Shown: positions 49,023 through 58,468 of the stretch, in pieces
How the letters are laid out: each line of letters starts with the position of its first letter
How positions within the stretch are numbered: position 1 is the first letter of the stretch
Origin: a virus
DNA: 64,000 bases
Virus genome (UHGV): UHGV-1579991
Reading direction: 5' to 3' (one strand)
The notes under the pieces: model-generated
What the model was told of the DNA's origin: nothing
The model's input: the letters and a program-made list of their open reading frames with translations, nothing else
Databases searched by the model: none
Made by a program: the position numbers and the translations under genes

Positions 49023-49697
49023 TCATTTTTGAATGCCTACAAGTTCTGCAACAATTCTATTGTATGCTAATAAGTGCTTAGTTGCGTCATCAAGCAGCTT
49101 GTTAAATTCAAGATACTGCTGCAGCACTTTGTCATTATGCAATGACTGCTCAAGCGCAGCATAATCACCTGCAAACGGGCGATTCATTGACAGGCCAAAG
49201 TTCTTCGCACATTTAGCATAAAATGCATTGTACTCTGCAGCATCAATTGGTGTCGCGTCATGCGCATTAAGCGCACTTTTACTGAGCAATGGAATGCTGA
49301 GTTTTCTGCAACGAGTAAACTCATCTTTGTCGACATACAGCACAGAACAACGAACCACATGGTCTTCTGCATTCATGCCACCTGTCAACAAATCCATTTC
49401 CCAATCGAAGCAAATGTTGTAGATGTACAGCATCACAGTTCGATGCTTGTTATCAACAAACTTCCAATATCGAGACTTTTTGCAGATAGCTTTGATATGC
49501 TGCAAGTCATGCATAAACTTATCATGCGATATCGCATCAAAGCGAGGCAATGATTTGTTGTCAATGAATGCGTTTGCTGCATCTGCACAACGTTTGAATT
49601 CTGCTTGATGCATATTCAGCTCTTCTATGCGCTTTGCTACAAGCGCTTCATATTCTGCTTTTGCAAGAGCAAGTCTTGCTTCATACAAACTTTGCAT
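49023..49697 (-). CDS. hypothetical protein
   Basis: 224 aa ORF. Confidence 0.45.
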   Translation of the reverse strand: MQSLYEARLALAKAEYEALVAKRIEELNMHQAEFKRCADAANAFIDNKSLPRFDAISHDKFMHDLQHIKAICKKSRYWKFVDNKHRTVMLYIYNICFDWEMDLLTGGMNAEDHVVRCSVLYVDKDEFTRCRKLSIPLLSKSALNAHDATPIDAAEYNAFYAKCAKNFGLSMNRPFAGDYAALEQSLHNDKVLQQYLEFNKLLDDATKHLLAYNRIVAELVGIQK

Positions 49698-49722
49698 ATT
49701 TGTGTATGTTTATGAGTTTCTG

Positions 49723-50178
49723 TTAAAATTTGCCATCTGCTACTTGAAAGCATCGATAGCCAAGCTCTCGCCATTTAGCGACCATGGAATCGCGGTCTTC
49801 AAGCACAAATGCAATTTGTTGCAGTTCGTCTTCAGACAATGCTTCTACAAGCAATTCAGGTTTGACAAGCGTATCATGACGTTTATCACCATCTTTTCGC
49901 ATAAGAATTTGCGGATTAACGATTCTGTAATCTGTATGCTGTGCAAGCCAAACTTCTGTCATTTGTCTGCAGCTTTCACGACGGCCTGTGCAGAATATGA
50001 TTCTATAGCCAACTTGCTGCAAATCGCAAAGCAAGTCAAGCACAGTCATAATAGGCTTGTCTTCATAACAGTGTGCATAAAATGCATCCCAATCTTTGTT
50101 TTGCTGTTGAAGATATTTTAGACGGTCGCCAACTTTTGAAATTGTTCCGTCAATGTCGCATATGATGATATTTGCCAT
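49723..50178 (-). CDS. HAD-superfamily phosphatase
   Basis: 151 aa; HAD motif I IICDIDGTIS at the N-terminus, motif II-like FCTGRRE, motif III/IV-like RKDGDKRHD. Confidence 0.55.
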   Translation of the reverse strand: MANIIICDIDGTISKVGDRLKYLQQQNKDWDAFYAHCYEDKPIMTVLDLLCDLQQVGYRIIFCTGRRESCRQMTEVWLAQHTDYRIVNPQILMRKDGDKRHDTLVKPELLVEALSEDELQQIAFVLEDRDSMVAKWRELGYRCFQVADGKF

Positions 50179-50196
50179 GATGTGTATGCTTATGAA

Positions 50197-50222
50197 AGGA
50201 AGAGCTCAATTGAGCTCTTCCT
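50197..50222. terminator. 26-bp perfect palindrome; putative terminator
   Basis: aggaagagctcaattgagctcttcct; between the start of 49723..50178 and the stop of 50253..51125; shares the AGCTCAATTGAGCT core with the palindrome at 54522-54549. Confidence 0.5.
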
Positions 50223-50252
50223 GATAGTCAACTTGATAAACCTCTACGAAAA

Positions 50253-51125
50253 TCAAGCTTGACTACTTTTGTTGATTACGAGATACTTGTATCGTTCTTT
50301 GATTGTGATGTTCTTTGATTTTGCCGCCTCGATTTCTTTGCGTTCCTTGGAGGAATAGTTGAACTTAATGTAGTCGGAGAACAATTCGGGCTTATCTGCT
50401 ACTTCATTGTTCTTGACTTCTTTTACAAGAGTTTGCTGAAACTCATTGATTGTAGTGAAACCAAGGAATGACTGGAACTTGTTAAGCGGAAACAGCTTAT
50501 CTGTGTTGTCCTCGAATGTCGGGAATTCGTCGGAATACGTAATTTCGATTTGGTCTACGAAATATCTAAGTTTTTCCCAAGGTTCCTTGCCAATGAGGAG
50601 AATGTTCTGATGGTCAAGTTTTTCCTCGAACATTTCCAGGAGACATTCGTATGATTTTACGAGACGAACTCCAGGATATGTAATTGATGCAATTGAACGA
50701 GGTTTGTGAGTCGTCTTGACTTCTTTATTGTATGTTTCCTCGTCGATGCAATAGATGTATCGCTTGACCTTGTCGTATTCTTTCGGAAGATAGTTGTTGT
50801 CAAGGAATTGCTTGTCAACTACAATGAAACTGAAAGGATAGAGTTCATTGAATCGTTGACGAAGCTGTTCTGTTGCAAGGAAGAAATGCGAGCCATCTTT
50901 TGCTGCAAATTCCATATTTGAATTGCATCCTGCATATGCAATGTATCTGTTTCGCTTCCATTTGAGGAATCGACTTACCAGGTTCTTTTCGAAGATGTCC
51001 TTGTATTTGAAGTAGGTGTCCCAGTACTCCTTAACAATTCCATCTTGCATTTTTCTTGACAATTTTGAATTGTCTACCGGCCTATCAGTAAAAACTGATG
51101 GTTTGTTTGCGTTGTATAATCCCAT
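50253..51125 (-). CDS. hypothetical protein (compositionally distinct)
   Basis: 290 aa ORF; codon usage looks richer in G/C-ending codons than its neighbours (judged by eye); preceded by the promoter cassette and the leader AACCTCTACTACA-ATG. Confidence 0.5.
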   Translation of the reverse strand: MGLYNANKPSVFTDRPVDNSKLSRKMQDGIVKEYWDTYFKYKDIFEKNLVSRFLKWKRNRYIAYAGCNSNMEFAAKDGSHFFLATEQLRQRFNELYPFSFIVVDKQFLDNNYLPKEYDKVKRYIYCIDEETYNKEVKTTHKPRSIASITYPGVRLVKSYECLLEMFEEKLDHQNILLIGKEPWEKLRYFVDQIEITYSDEFPTFEDNTDKLFPLNKFQSFLGFTTINEFQQTLVKEVKNNEVADKPELFSDYIKFNYSSKERKEIEAAKSKNITIKERYKYLVINKSSQA

Positions 51126-51126
51126 T

Positions 51127-51200
51127 GTAGTAGAGGTTTGTTAATTTATTATTTATAGATATATAATACTACGACAATGCAAATTTTGCACTGTCGTAGC
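51127..51200 (-). promoter_or_regulatory. putative late-type promoter cassette (TATAAATA box on the minus strand), duplicate of 35161-35230
   Basis: Minus-strand read GTGCAAAATTTGCATTGTCGTAGTATTATATATCTATAAATAATAAATTAACAAACCTCTACTACA-ATG; shares the core attatttatagatatataatactac with 35183-35208. Confidence 0.5.
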
Positions 51201-51220
51201 ATAAAAGTTTACACATTTTT

Positions 51221-51559
51221 TTACAAATGCGAGAACAACTTATTCGTAACTCGTTCAATTGCAAATTCAACACCATATTGCAACAACTGTTCAGTGCTAA
51301 ATGCTTTTGCTGCATGCGCAGGCGCAATATGCTTTGTCTGTGCATACAAAGTCCAAGTATCAGTTGGCCTGTCATAAGTAACTGTCAGTCTGTATGTTTG
51401 CAACACAAACTCTTGACTAAAGTATTCTCTTCGCCAAAACTCTGGTTCTGCAATATGCAAATCAAGCCAAGCAAACTCAAACAGAATTTGTTTAAGTTGA
51501 CGTTGATGCTTACGTTCAGCACGATATGTGCCACTAAACAGATACTTGATGATGTTCAT
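51221..51559 (-). CDS. hypothetical protein
   Basis: 112 aa ORF. Confidence 0.4.
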   Translation of the reverse strand: MNIIKYLFSGTYRAERKHQRQLKQILFEFAWLDLHIAEPEFWRREYFSQEFVLQTYRLTVTYDRPTDTWTLYAQTKHIAPAHAAKAFSTEQLLQYGVEFAIERVTNKLFSHL

Positions 51560-51578
51560 TTATTTAAGTTTTGTGTTA

Positions 51579-52565
51579 TTATACTACAGCAGACAATTGT
51601 TGCAATGTTGACTGCATAACGTCATCAGTTACAAATAATTCGTTTTCAGTGAACACATAAAATTTTAAGCCATGTTGTTTTGCATATTGCACTGCTGCAG
51701 TAGATTTTTTACGTACTGCATCACAAAATGCATATGCACATGGCTTAATTTCTATTAGCAATCCATATGTAGGCAAATAGAAATCTACAATGTATTTATG
51801 ATGCCCATTGTATGGCACTGCAACAGTTTCATATTCATATTGAATGCCAAGACGTTCTAATGTCAATACAAAATGAGTTTCATAACTACTGCGTGTATGC
51901 AATTGCGTTGGCATTGCAATAGAATGACATTTTACACACTGCTGAACAAGTACTAATGCGCGTTTGCCCTTACCACAGTTTTGCATTTTGCCATTTTGCA
52001 TTGCTCGTGCAACACCTGCAGCAACGTGCATAGCAAATGATGGGTCTTCTTTATATTTTCGTCGTAACCCTGCAGATACACGAGACTTAAAGTCTGGGTC
52101 TTCTGCATAGCGTCTGTTCAAACCAGCAGTTACTCGTTGGCTAAATGTCGGGTCATTCACTACAGCAACCATTGCTTTTCGCGTGCCAATTGACACATTT
52201 TTACATCGAGTTTCATCTCGCCATACTTTAGACATAGATGCTGTCCAGCGTTTAACATATTCAGGGTCATCAAACGCATGTTTTGCGCGACAGCATTTAC
52301 AAACATTATTAAAGTAGCCATATCTAATGCCTATGTATGCTATAGCAGCCCCACAATATTTGCAATGTTTTGCTGCGTCATCATACAATAGATATTTGTC
52401 ATAGTAGTCTTGTTCATGCATATTAACAGATTGTAATGCTCTGCGTATTGTGCATGATGTACACCATTTGTTAAGCTCTGGTACATAATACTCATAACGT
52501 TGCTGCCCCTTTGGTGTTATTCGTGCAAGTCTTTTATATTCCGGATGATATGTAGGATTTTTCAT
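51579..52565 (-). CDS. homing-endonuclease-like paralog (divergent N-terminus)
   Basis: 328 aa; C-terminal nuclease-like domain (YIVDFYLPTYGLLIEIKP) as in the other paralogs; N-terminal Cys-rich region with repeated DPxFKxRVxAGLxRxY motifs. Confidence 0.45.
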   Translation of the reverse strand: MKNPTYHPEYKRLARITPKGQQRYEYYVPELNKWCTSCTIRRALQSVNMHEQDYYDKYLLYDDAAKHCKYCGAAIAYIGIRYGYFNNVCKCCRAKHAFDDPEYVKRWTASMSKVWRDETRCKNVSIGTRKAMVAVVNDPTFSQRVTAGLNRRYAEDPDFKSRVSAGLRRKYKEDPSFAMHVAAGVARAMQNGKMQNCGKGKRALVLVQQCVKCHSIAMPTQLHTRSSYETHFVLTLERLGIQYEYETVAVPYNGHHKYIVDFYLPTYGLLIEIKPCAYAFCDAVRKKSTAAVQYAKQHGLKFYVFTENELFVTDDVMQSTLQQLSAVV

Positions 52566-52659
52566 AGAATATGTATATGCACGTTATGCACCAGGATGCA
52601 CAAACAAAAACTCACAGTAACTATGTATAGTTACTGTGAGTTATCACAACATGCTTTAA

Positions 52660-53382
52660 TTAGTTATCATGCACAGCAGCTATATAACGGCCTTGCGAAT
52701 CCAAATGAATCGCAGTTTGCATTGTAATTTCTGGCTGCGCTTTGTTGTGTTGTTGCTCTGCATCATATTCACGTCGCAACCCACCATTCGGATGACATAG
52801 GTAAAACCTATCAAAATCTGTACCCAACTGTTCAGCGACAGACAGCATAATATTGTCGCCTACAAGCTGAGATGCTAGCAGAGAATTTGTTGGGATTCGT
52901 GGATTGCGTGAGTCCTCGTCAATTGCTGGCAATGATACAAGCAAGTCTGCCCAAGCATTCATATCAGTGACCTTGCCACCGGCAAAGTTGATGCCAATGA
53001 TTTGACAATTCGGTGCAAGCAATTCACGATGTTCACGAAGATATGTCATTGCAGTTGCAAGTTCAGATGTGTTGCCAGTTTTGCTGAATGCTACAATAAC
53101 ATCGTTGTTTCGAATCATGCCAAAGTCACCATGCATTGCATGCACTGCATCAAAGAATGATGCGTTCAATGACAAGCAATAACATGTTGCAGCAAGTTTT
53201 TCACAGCAATGCACATTTTTGCCGATGCCAGTGAACAACACTTTGCCATCAGACTTCAATGCATTTGCAATGATATCTGCTGCAATGCCAAGAACATCAT
53301 ATTGCGCATCTGAAATGTTGTTGTGCCATGCTACAAGCGATTCAACTGATGCAGCAATGCCTTTGTGTACAAGTGTTTTCAT
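52660..53382 (-). CDS. SIS-domain sugar-phosphate isomerase (KpsF/GutQ arabinose-5-phosphate isomerase-like)
   Basis: 240 aa; SIS signatures VLFTGIGKN, HAMHGDFGMI and FSKTGNTSEL. Confidence 0.65.
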   Translation of the reverse strand: MKTLVHKGIAASVESLVAWHNNISDAQYDVLGIAADIIANALKSDGKVLFTGIGKNVHCCEKLAATCYCLSLNASFFDAVHAMHGDFGMIRNNDVIVAFSKTGNTSELATAMTYLREHRELLAPNCQIIGINFAGGKVTDMNAWADLLVSLPAIDEDSRNPRIPTNSLLASQLVGDNIMLSVAEQLGTDFDRFYLCHPNGGLRREYDAEQQHNKAQPEITMQTAIHLDSQGRYIAAVHDN

Positions 53383-53400
53383 TTTGTGATGTTTGAAGGT

Positions 53401-54081
53401 TCAAAAAAACTTAAGTTTTGATAGCATTTCAGTGTCTTGTTCTGTGTTGATGCCAAGCTCTTGCATGACATCAAGCAATGCAGACCATAATTGCTCATAT
53501 GATTTGCCGCTGTTCATAACAACAGCGTCAACAAACAACTCGTCGATATATTGTTCACTTGAATGATTGATGCTTTGCTTGACATCGTCATTGATAATTT
53601 TAATGAGTTTGAAGCCTCTTGAACGCAATGCGGTCGCTTCATTTGGATATCGACAATCGCCAACACAAATAAGAGCTTCATTATGACAATTGTCAAGTCG
53701 ATACAGCAAACTGTTTACAAAGAAGTCTTCACCATACAGTTTCTTGAGCGCATCTGAAACATCAAGATGCACATTGCGAATCGATGAACCTGCAAACTCT
53801 ACAAAGTGTTTCTGTTTGAATGCATTGTTATGCAAGTCTTGCAAATTGTAGCCCAGTGTACTTGCAATAAATGCTTTCAGTGGCTTTGCAAAGCACTCAT
53901 ATGCAAGATTGCAGCCACATGACCAGTATGGATTCGCTTCAATTTGCTGTAAAGTTGATGTGTAAATGCCATCAACTACAGTGAACTTGCATTTAGTCAT
54001 GACTCGAATCATCGCCCAAGCCAAATCTTTGCCTACGCCTGCATGACCAACAAGCGCAATTTTTGTTATGTCATCATTCAT
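53401..54081 (-). CDS. deoxynucleoside monophosphate kinase (T4 gp1-like)
   Basis: 226 aa; P-loop-like LVGHAGVGKD and VGDCRYPNE motif resembling the RFxNE element of phage dNMP kinases. Confidence 0.5.
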   Translation of the reverse strand: MNDDITKIALVGHAGVGKDLAWAMIRVMTKCKFTVVDGIYTSTLQQIEANPYWSCGCNLAYECFAKPLKAFIASTLGYNLQDLHNNAFKQKHFVEFAGSSIRNVHLDVSDALKKLYGEDFFVNSLLYRLDNCHNEALICVGDCRYPNEATALRSRGFKLIKIINDDVKQSINHSSEQYIDELFVDAVVMNSGKSYEQLWSALLDVMQELGINTEQDTEMLSKLKFF

Positions 54082-54463
54082 TGCACCACTGTTTAAGAGT
54101 CACAAAATTGTTGAAGTCTGCATAAAAGTCATCGCCACCGTTAAGCATTGCGACATTCTCAAGTTCATTGAGAATGATTTGCTTATCAATGACTATTGCA
54201 AGAGCGTCAAAGTCTTCTTTTGATTGCAAGTCAAGTAGCACAGGATGACCTTTGAGTCTTGTAGTTAATGTTGCTGGCAGTCTATGCACAGACTTCTTTT
54301 TCTTTGACTGCGTAGGATGTTTTGAGCGCTTTCTTGTAGCAGTCAGCTGAATATCATAATCAATTTCAAGCAAACCTGCATCTTGCATTACAAAATTGAG
54401 ATTAACATGCACAGGATGCTTTTGCTGAATGTCTATGAATTCTTGTAATTTGTCGTTTATCAT
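54074..54463 (-). CDS. hypothetical protein (start at MINDKLQEF)
   Basis: Track ORF 54074..54556 would read through the palindrome at 54522-54549; ATG at 54463 is more plausible. Confidence 0.4.
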   Translation of the reverse strand: MINDKLQEFIDIQQKHPVHVNLNFVMQDAGLLEIDYDIQLTATRKRSKHPTQSKKKKSVHRLPATLTTRLKGHPVLLDLQSKEDFDALAIVIDKQIILNELENVAMLNGGDDFYADFNNFVTLKQWCNE

Positions 54464-54521
54464 TTGAAATGCATTTGTATATGATAATTGTACCACGCAT
54501 GCATCAACTTTGCACACAAAA

Positions 54522-54549
54522 CAAGACCAGCTCAATTGAGCTGGTCTTG
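54522..54549. terminator. 28-bp perfect palindrome; putative terminator
   Basis: caagaccagctcaattgagctggtcttg; directly downstream (transcript sense) of 54568..55140; CAATTG centre as at 50197-50222. Confidence 0.5.
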
Positions 54550-54567
54550 CGGTCATATGTAGACTTC

Positions 54568-55140
54568 TTAAAATTTGGATAGACTCGTAGTATCAAGCGA
54601 TGCAATTGAATCAATGCGCAAAGAATCTGCTATAGGTGCGCAATCATCAATTGGGTGACTTGCAGGCTTAACTTTGAGCATATACATTCTGCAATTGCCA
54701 ATATCTATAAGGGAACCAGAACGTGTCATATAATCACAGCCCAAAATGCCAACGACTTCATGACCAAGTGCTTTGCTAAGCTGAACTAAAATAGGTGAAA
54801 TATCATCAATAAACATATCCAACTGTACAGAGCCATTTGCGATAGTAATATCTGCGTCTATTGCATGAGATACTTGAAGAGCCCCTGTAACATATGATAA
54901 TCGCTTAACTGAACGCTCTTTGCCAACCATGTCATGAGTAGCAACAAATGTGCTATCAATCAATGACAATGACGCGCCAGTATCAAGCAAAAGCCATGCA
55001 TCGACACCATTGACATTTGCATGCACAAATGGCAGGCTCTTCAAAACAATTGGTGACTGTGATTGCTGCAATGCTTCATTGCACATTGTCAGCGTCATAA
55101 TCGCAAGTAGCGATATGAGAAACAATTTGAATGCTTTCAT
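54568..55140 (-). CDS. secreted retropepsin-like aspartic protease
   Basis: 190 aa; N-terminal signal-peptide-like hydrophobic segment (LFLISLLAIMTLTM), catalytic D-T-G-A-S (LLLDTGASLSLIDS) and downstream GILGCDYM motif. Confidence 0.5.
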   Translation of the reverse strand: MKAFKLFLISLLAIMTLTMCNEALQQSQSPIVLKSLPFVHANVNGVDAWLLLDTGASLSLIDSTFVATHDMVGKERSVKRLSYVTGALQVSHAIDADITIANGSVQLDMFIDDISPILVQLSKALGHEVVGILGCDYMTRSGSLIDIGNCRMYMLKVKPASHPIDDCAPIADSLRIDSIASLDTTSLSKF

Positions 55141-55154
55141 AAGGCTACTCTGCT

Positions 55155-57104
55155 TTAGTCATTTGCTTTAGTTGCTTGCATCAGTTCAGCAAAGCTTACA
55201 GTGTAAGCGTCTTCGCCAACGGTCACGTATGCAGCATTGACATTTGAGTCATTGCCTGTGTATGTAACCAAGGTGCCTGCAGGAATTTCCACACCGTCAA
55301 TGGTTCGCATCGAATTGACAAGCTTGTATGTCTTGTTATCTTCGAAGTTCTCATTGACATATGCAGCAGCAATCATTGTTGAACGCTTACGAGATTCATT
55401 GATGAAACTTGCGCCAACAAGTTCTGACAACTTCTTCTTTGTTACAGCAGAGCATTTGTCATATGCAATGTCAATTGCGAGGTCTACATCACCAAGTTCC
55501 TTTGCAATGAGTTCATCAATCTGAGACAGCTTCTTGTCATCTTTGACAGCGACAAAATTCATTGCAAACTTGCGAGCGTTGTCTGACAATGATTCATCAA
55601 TGTTCCACTGTTTCATCAATGTCTGCTTCAGTACCTTGTCAAGTTCCGACCAGTCCTTATCTGCAAGAGTAGTTGCATCAAAGTCTTCATTGCTGAACTG
55701 CTTCAGCACTTTGACTTTGTCATCATGTGACAATGCAGCCCACTTGTTTGCAGCCTCTTCAGCAGATTCAAGCAAAGGCTTGATTGCATCTTTGAGTTCT
55801 TGCGGCCAAGTTTCAGGCGCTTTGAGCAGCATCTCAGATGAGTTGTACTCAAGCATGTCAGTCATGATTGCAAGCTTAACATTGTTAGCTTTCTCCTCGG
55901 GTGACAGAGCTTTGAACTTTTCAGCCCAGTCTTCAGATTCAGTTACAATTGACACTGGTTTTGCAAAACCAGCAACAAAGACAAGCTTATACATGATATT
56001 CGTCATGAATGAGCAAACTGCATCAATGTCTGACTGTGTTGCTGCAGATTGAGCATCACGAATGTTGAGCAATGCCTGACGAAGAGACATAATGCCTACA
56101 ACAGGGTCAGACCATGTCAACACAACAGAGCTGTCAATTGTGATACCCTTGTCGAATCGCATATTTTCTGCAATACGGTCAGCAAGTTCAGGCAGTTCAG
56201 TGTAGTACTGCTCAAGTGCTGCATGTGTAGCAGGAATCGAAACTTTTGCAGCATCAAATGGGTTGTTGATGTGCATAACATGTGCAGTTTGAATTGACTG
56301 CATCAGCATCGACACTACTGCAGATTCTATTGCAACATCATCTGCAGCAGCTTCATCAAGATTTGCAAGTTTTAGCAATGTCTTTTTGTCTGCATCTGAC
56401 AATCGCAGCCAAATGTATTCCCATTGACTGTTTGCATCATAGCCACGGTCAGTAGCAAACTTGGTGAGTTCTGCAGATTTCTTTGCTGCGTCATCGTCAT
56501 CAAGCCAATCCAAGAATGCTTTCAGTTTGTCGTCAAATGCTTCATTAACAAATGACGCCATTGCATTTTGCAGCAAATATTGATGGTCTCGTACTGGCGA
56601 CTCAACAATTTCAAAGCCTTCAAGAGACTTTGGCGAGTCAGTTGCTGAACCAGCTTCAAGACACTTCTTTGATGCATTGTCAATGACAAACCACATCTTT
56701 TGTGCTTTGAGTGCAATGTAAGTCTTGTCTTTTGATTGCTGAACAGTCATGTTGTCAAGAGCCAATGCACTGATTGGCAAATTCTTGACTGCTGACTTGT
56801 CAAGTGCTTCATTGACTGCTACATTGTCATCACTCATTAACTGAGTATTTGCAGCAAATGTTGCAGAATCAATGTTAAGCTCTTTGCCATCAGGCATAGA
56901 GAACTTAACTGCATCTGCAACATCAAGCACTTGTACCATGGTACCTGCTTCGACTTTGTCATCACCAACAGCGAACTCAGTTACAACCTGATATGCCTTG
57001 TTAGCTTCAACAGTTTCAACAGACTCCATAATGAACTTTGCTGTACTGCAAGAGATTTTGTGCTTTTTCATGTTCATGTATGAATTTGAGTGTTTGTTGT
57101 TCAT
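55155..57104 (-). CDS. hypothetical acidic protein (649 aa)
   Basis: Long minus-strand ORF rich in Asp/Glu/Ala; no catalytic motif recognised; possibly structural or scaffold. Confidence 0.5.
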   Translation of the reverse strand: MNNKHSNSYMNMKKHKISCSTAKFIMESVETVEANKAYQVVTEFAVGDDKVEAGTMVQVLDVADAVKFSMPDGKELNIDSATFAANTQLMSDDNVAVNEALDKSAVKNLPISALALDNMTVQQSKDKTYIALKAQKMWFVIDNASKKCLEAGSATDSPKSLEGFEIVESPVRDHQYLLQNAMASFVNEAFDDKLKAFLDWLDDDDAAKKSAELTKFATDRGYDANSQWEYIWLRLSDADKKTLLKLANLDEAAADDVAIESAVVSMLMQSIQTAHVMHINNPFDAAKVSIPATHAALEQYYTELPELADRIAENMRFDKGITIDSSVVLTWSDPVVGIMSLRQALLNIRDAQSAATQSDIDAVCSFMTNIMYKLVFVAGFAKPVSIVTESEDWAEKFKALSPEEKANNVKLAIMTDMLEYNSSEMLLKAPETWPQELKDAIKPLLESAEEAANKWAALSHDDKVKVLKQFSNEDFDATTLADKDWSELDKVLKQTLMKQWNIDESLSDNARKFAMNFVAVKDDKKLSQIDELIAKELGDVDLAIDIAYDKCSAVTKKKLSELVGASFINESRKRSTMIAAAYVNENFEDNKTYKLVNSMRTIDGVEIPAGTLVTYTGNDSNVNAAYVTVGEDAYTVSFAELMQATKAND

Positions 57105-57354
57105 ATGATATGATATATATCAAGTGCAGCAATTGAACAGATTGCAAAAACAATGCTCAGACTTTACAGTCTGAGCATTGAACGACTAAATTGTACATCT
57201 TCCACAATGATATAGAATCATTGTTAATATTGTATTGATATTGTACAACATGCATTGCATATTTGCAATGATACAACATGCAAAATGCACTTGCACTTTG
57301 ATGCAAAGTACTGCGTACACAACATGCATTGCATATTTGCATTTTGACGCAATG

Positions 57355-58425
57355 TCATTGTTGTTTATGCCAGCCATATGATGCCTGACCAGCATCATAC
57401 ACTTCTACAAAACCATGGTCGTACATAAAATCTTCATTACGAGTGCCCTTGCCACCATTAGTGCCAAGAATACGGTCTGCACCATGCATAAGTAGCATGT
57501 TATTTGTGACATGTTGCTTTGTCAGCATATTGAACCAGTGTTTGCTATATGACAAACCAAGACCATCAAAGCCCAGCTTTGTGTACACACCACCGTCAAA
57601 CTTGCTTAAATCACAATATGATAACACAGATTCAGGGTCATATGTCTTGATAAAGTGCTTAAAGATTCGTTCAGCACCACCAACAACTTTGGTTGCTGCA
57701 CAAAGACGTAGCAATTCATATTGATAGCGCTTATTGTATCGTGGACGACCAAATGTCATAAGTTGATGAATGACATAACCACCAAGCAACTCAAGTGGAT
57801 GACCTTCAATCAACGCAAGATTGATAAAATTGCCTGAGCACTTGCCTTGCAAATGATGTTCAATCAAAAATTGATTTGCAGTATACTTGTCAATTTCAAC
57901 AACTTTAAGCTTGCGAGCATATACAATCTTTGATTTGTCTACGATTTGATGCTTGATGTGATTGATAACTTTCTTGGCGTCATCCCAATCCCACACATGA
58001 ATACAATGAAAGCCTGCAGCTTTTGCAATGTCTGTTTTCTTTGCATGAACATCACAAGGCAAATGTGCATCTTTTGCATCATGCATAAACAAGTGCTCAA
58101 ATGAATGCGTACTGTTATGCGAAAATGCAGGATTGATGTTAATGACAATATTGTCATGTCGAAAATCGAAGACTTCATCACCAATGACAAAGTTGCGCTC
58201 AAAATCTATACCGACATGTTTGAGCAACACTTGATGCCACACGTCTTTATAGGCTGATTCAAGCTTGCTTAGCTCATCACAGTTTGCAATGTTTTTGTAA
58301 CGTTGAATAGCAGCATCAAAGTCAAGATTGACTTCAGCGTAGTCTGCATTTTTATCATAGTGAAATTTTGAGCTCATGCGTATAATTTTGTGTATATAAT
58401 TATTGTACAACATGCAAATGCACAT
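57355..58425 (-). CDS. homing-endonuclease-like paralog (nuclease-like domain N-terminal)
   Basis: 356 aa; N-terminal IVININPAFSHN...GFHCIHVWDWDD nuclease-like domain and C-terminal FVEVYDAGQ tail homologous to the family VYDCGH motif. Confidence 0.5.
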   Translation of the reverse strand: MCICMLYNNYIHKIIRMSSKFHYDKNADYAEVNLDFDAAIQRYKNIANCDELSKLESAYKDVWHQVLLKHVGIDFERNFVIGDEVFDFRHDNIVININPAFSHNSTHSFEHLFMHDAKDAHLPCDVHAKKTDIAKAAGFHCIHVWDWDDAKKVINHIKHQIVDKSKIVYARKLKVVEIDKYTANQFLIEHHLQGKCSGNFINLALIEGHPLELLGGYVIHQLMTFGRPRYNKRYQYELLRLCAATKVVGGAERIFKHFIKTYDPESVLSYCDLSKFDGGVYTKLGFDGLGLSYSKHWFNMLTKQHVTNNMLLMHGADRILGTNGGKGTRNEDFMYDHGFVEVYDAGQASYGWHKQQ

Positions 58426-58468
58426 TGCATTTGATACAACATACAGTATAAGTTTGCTTTTGACAGAC

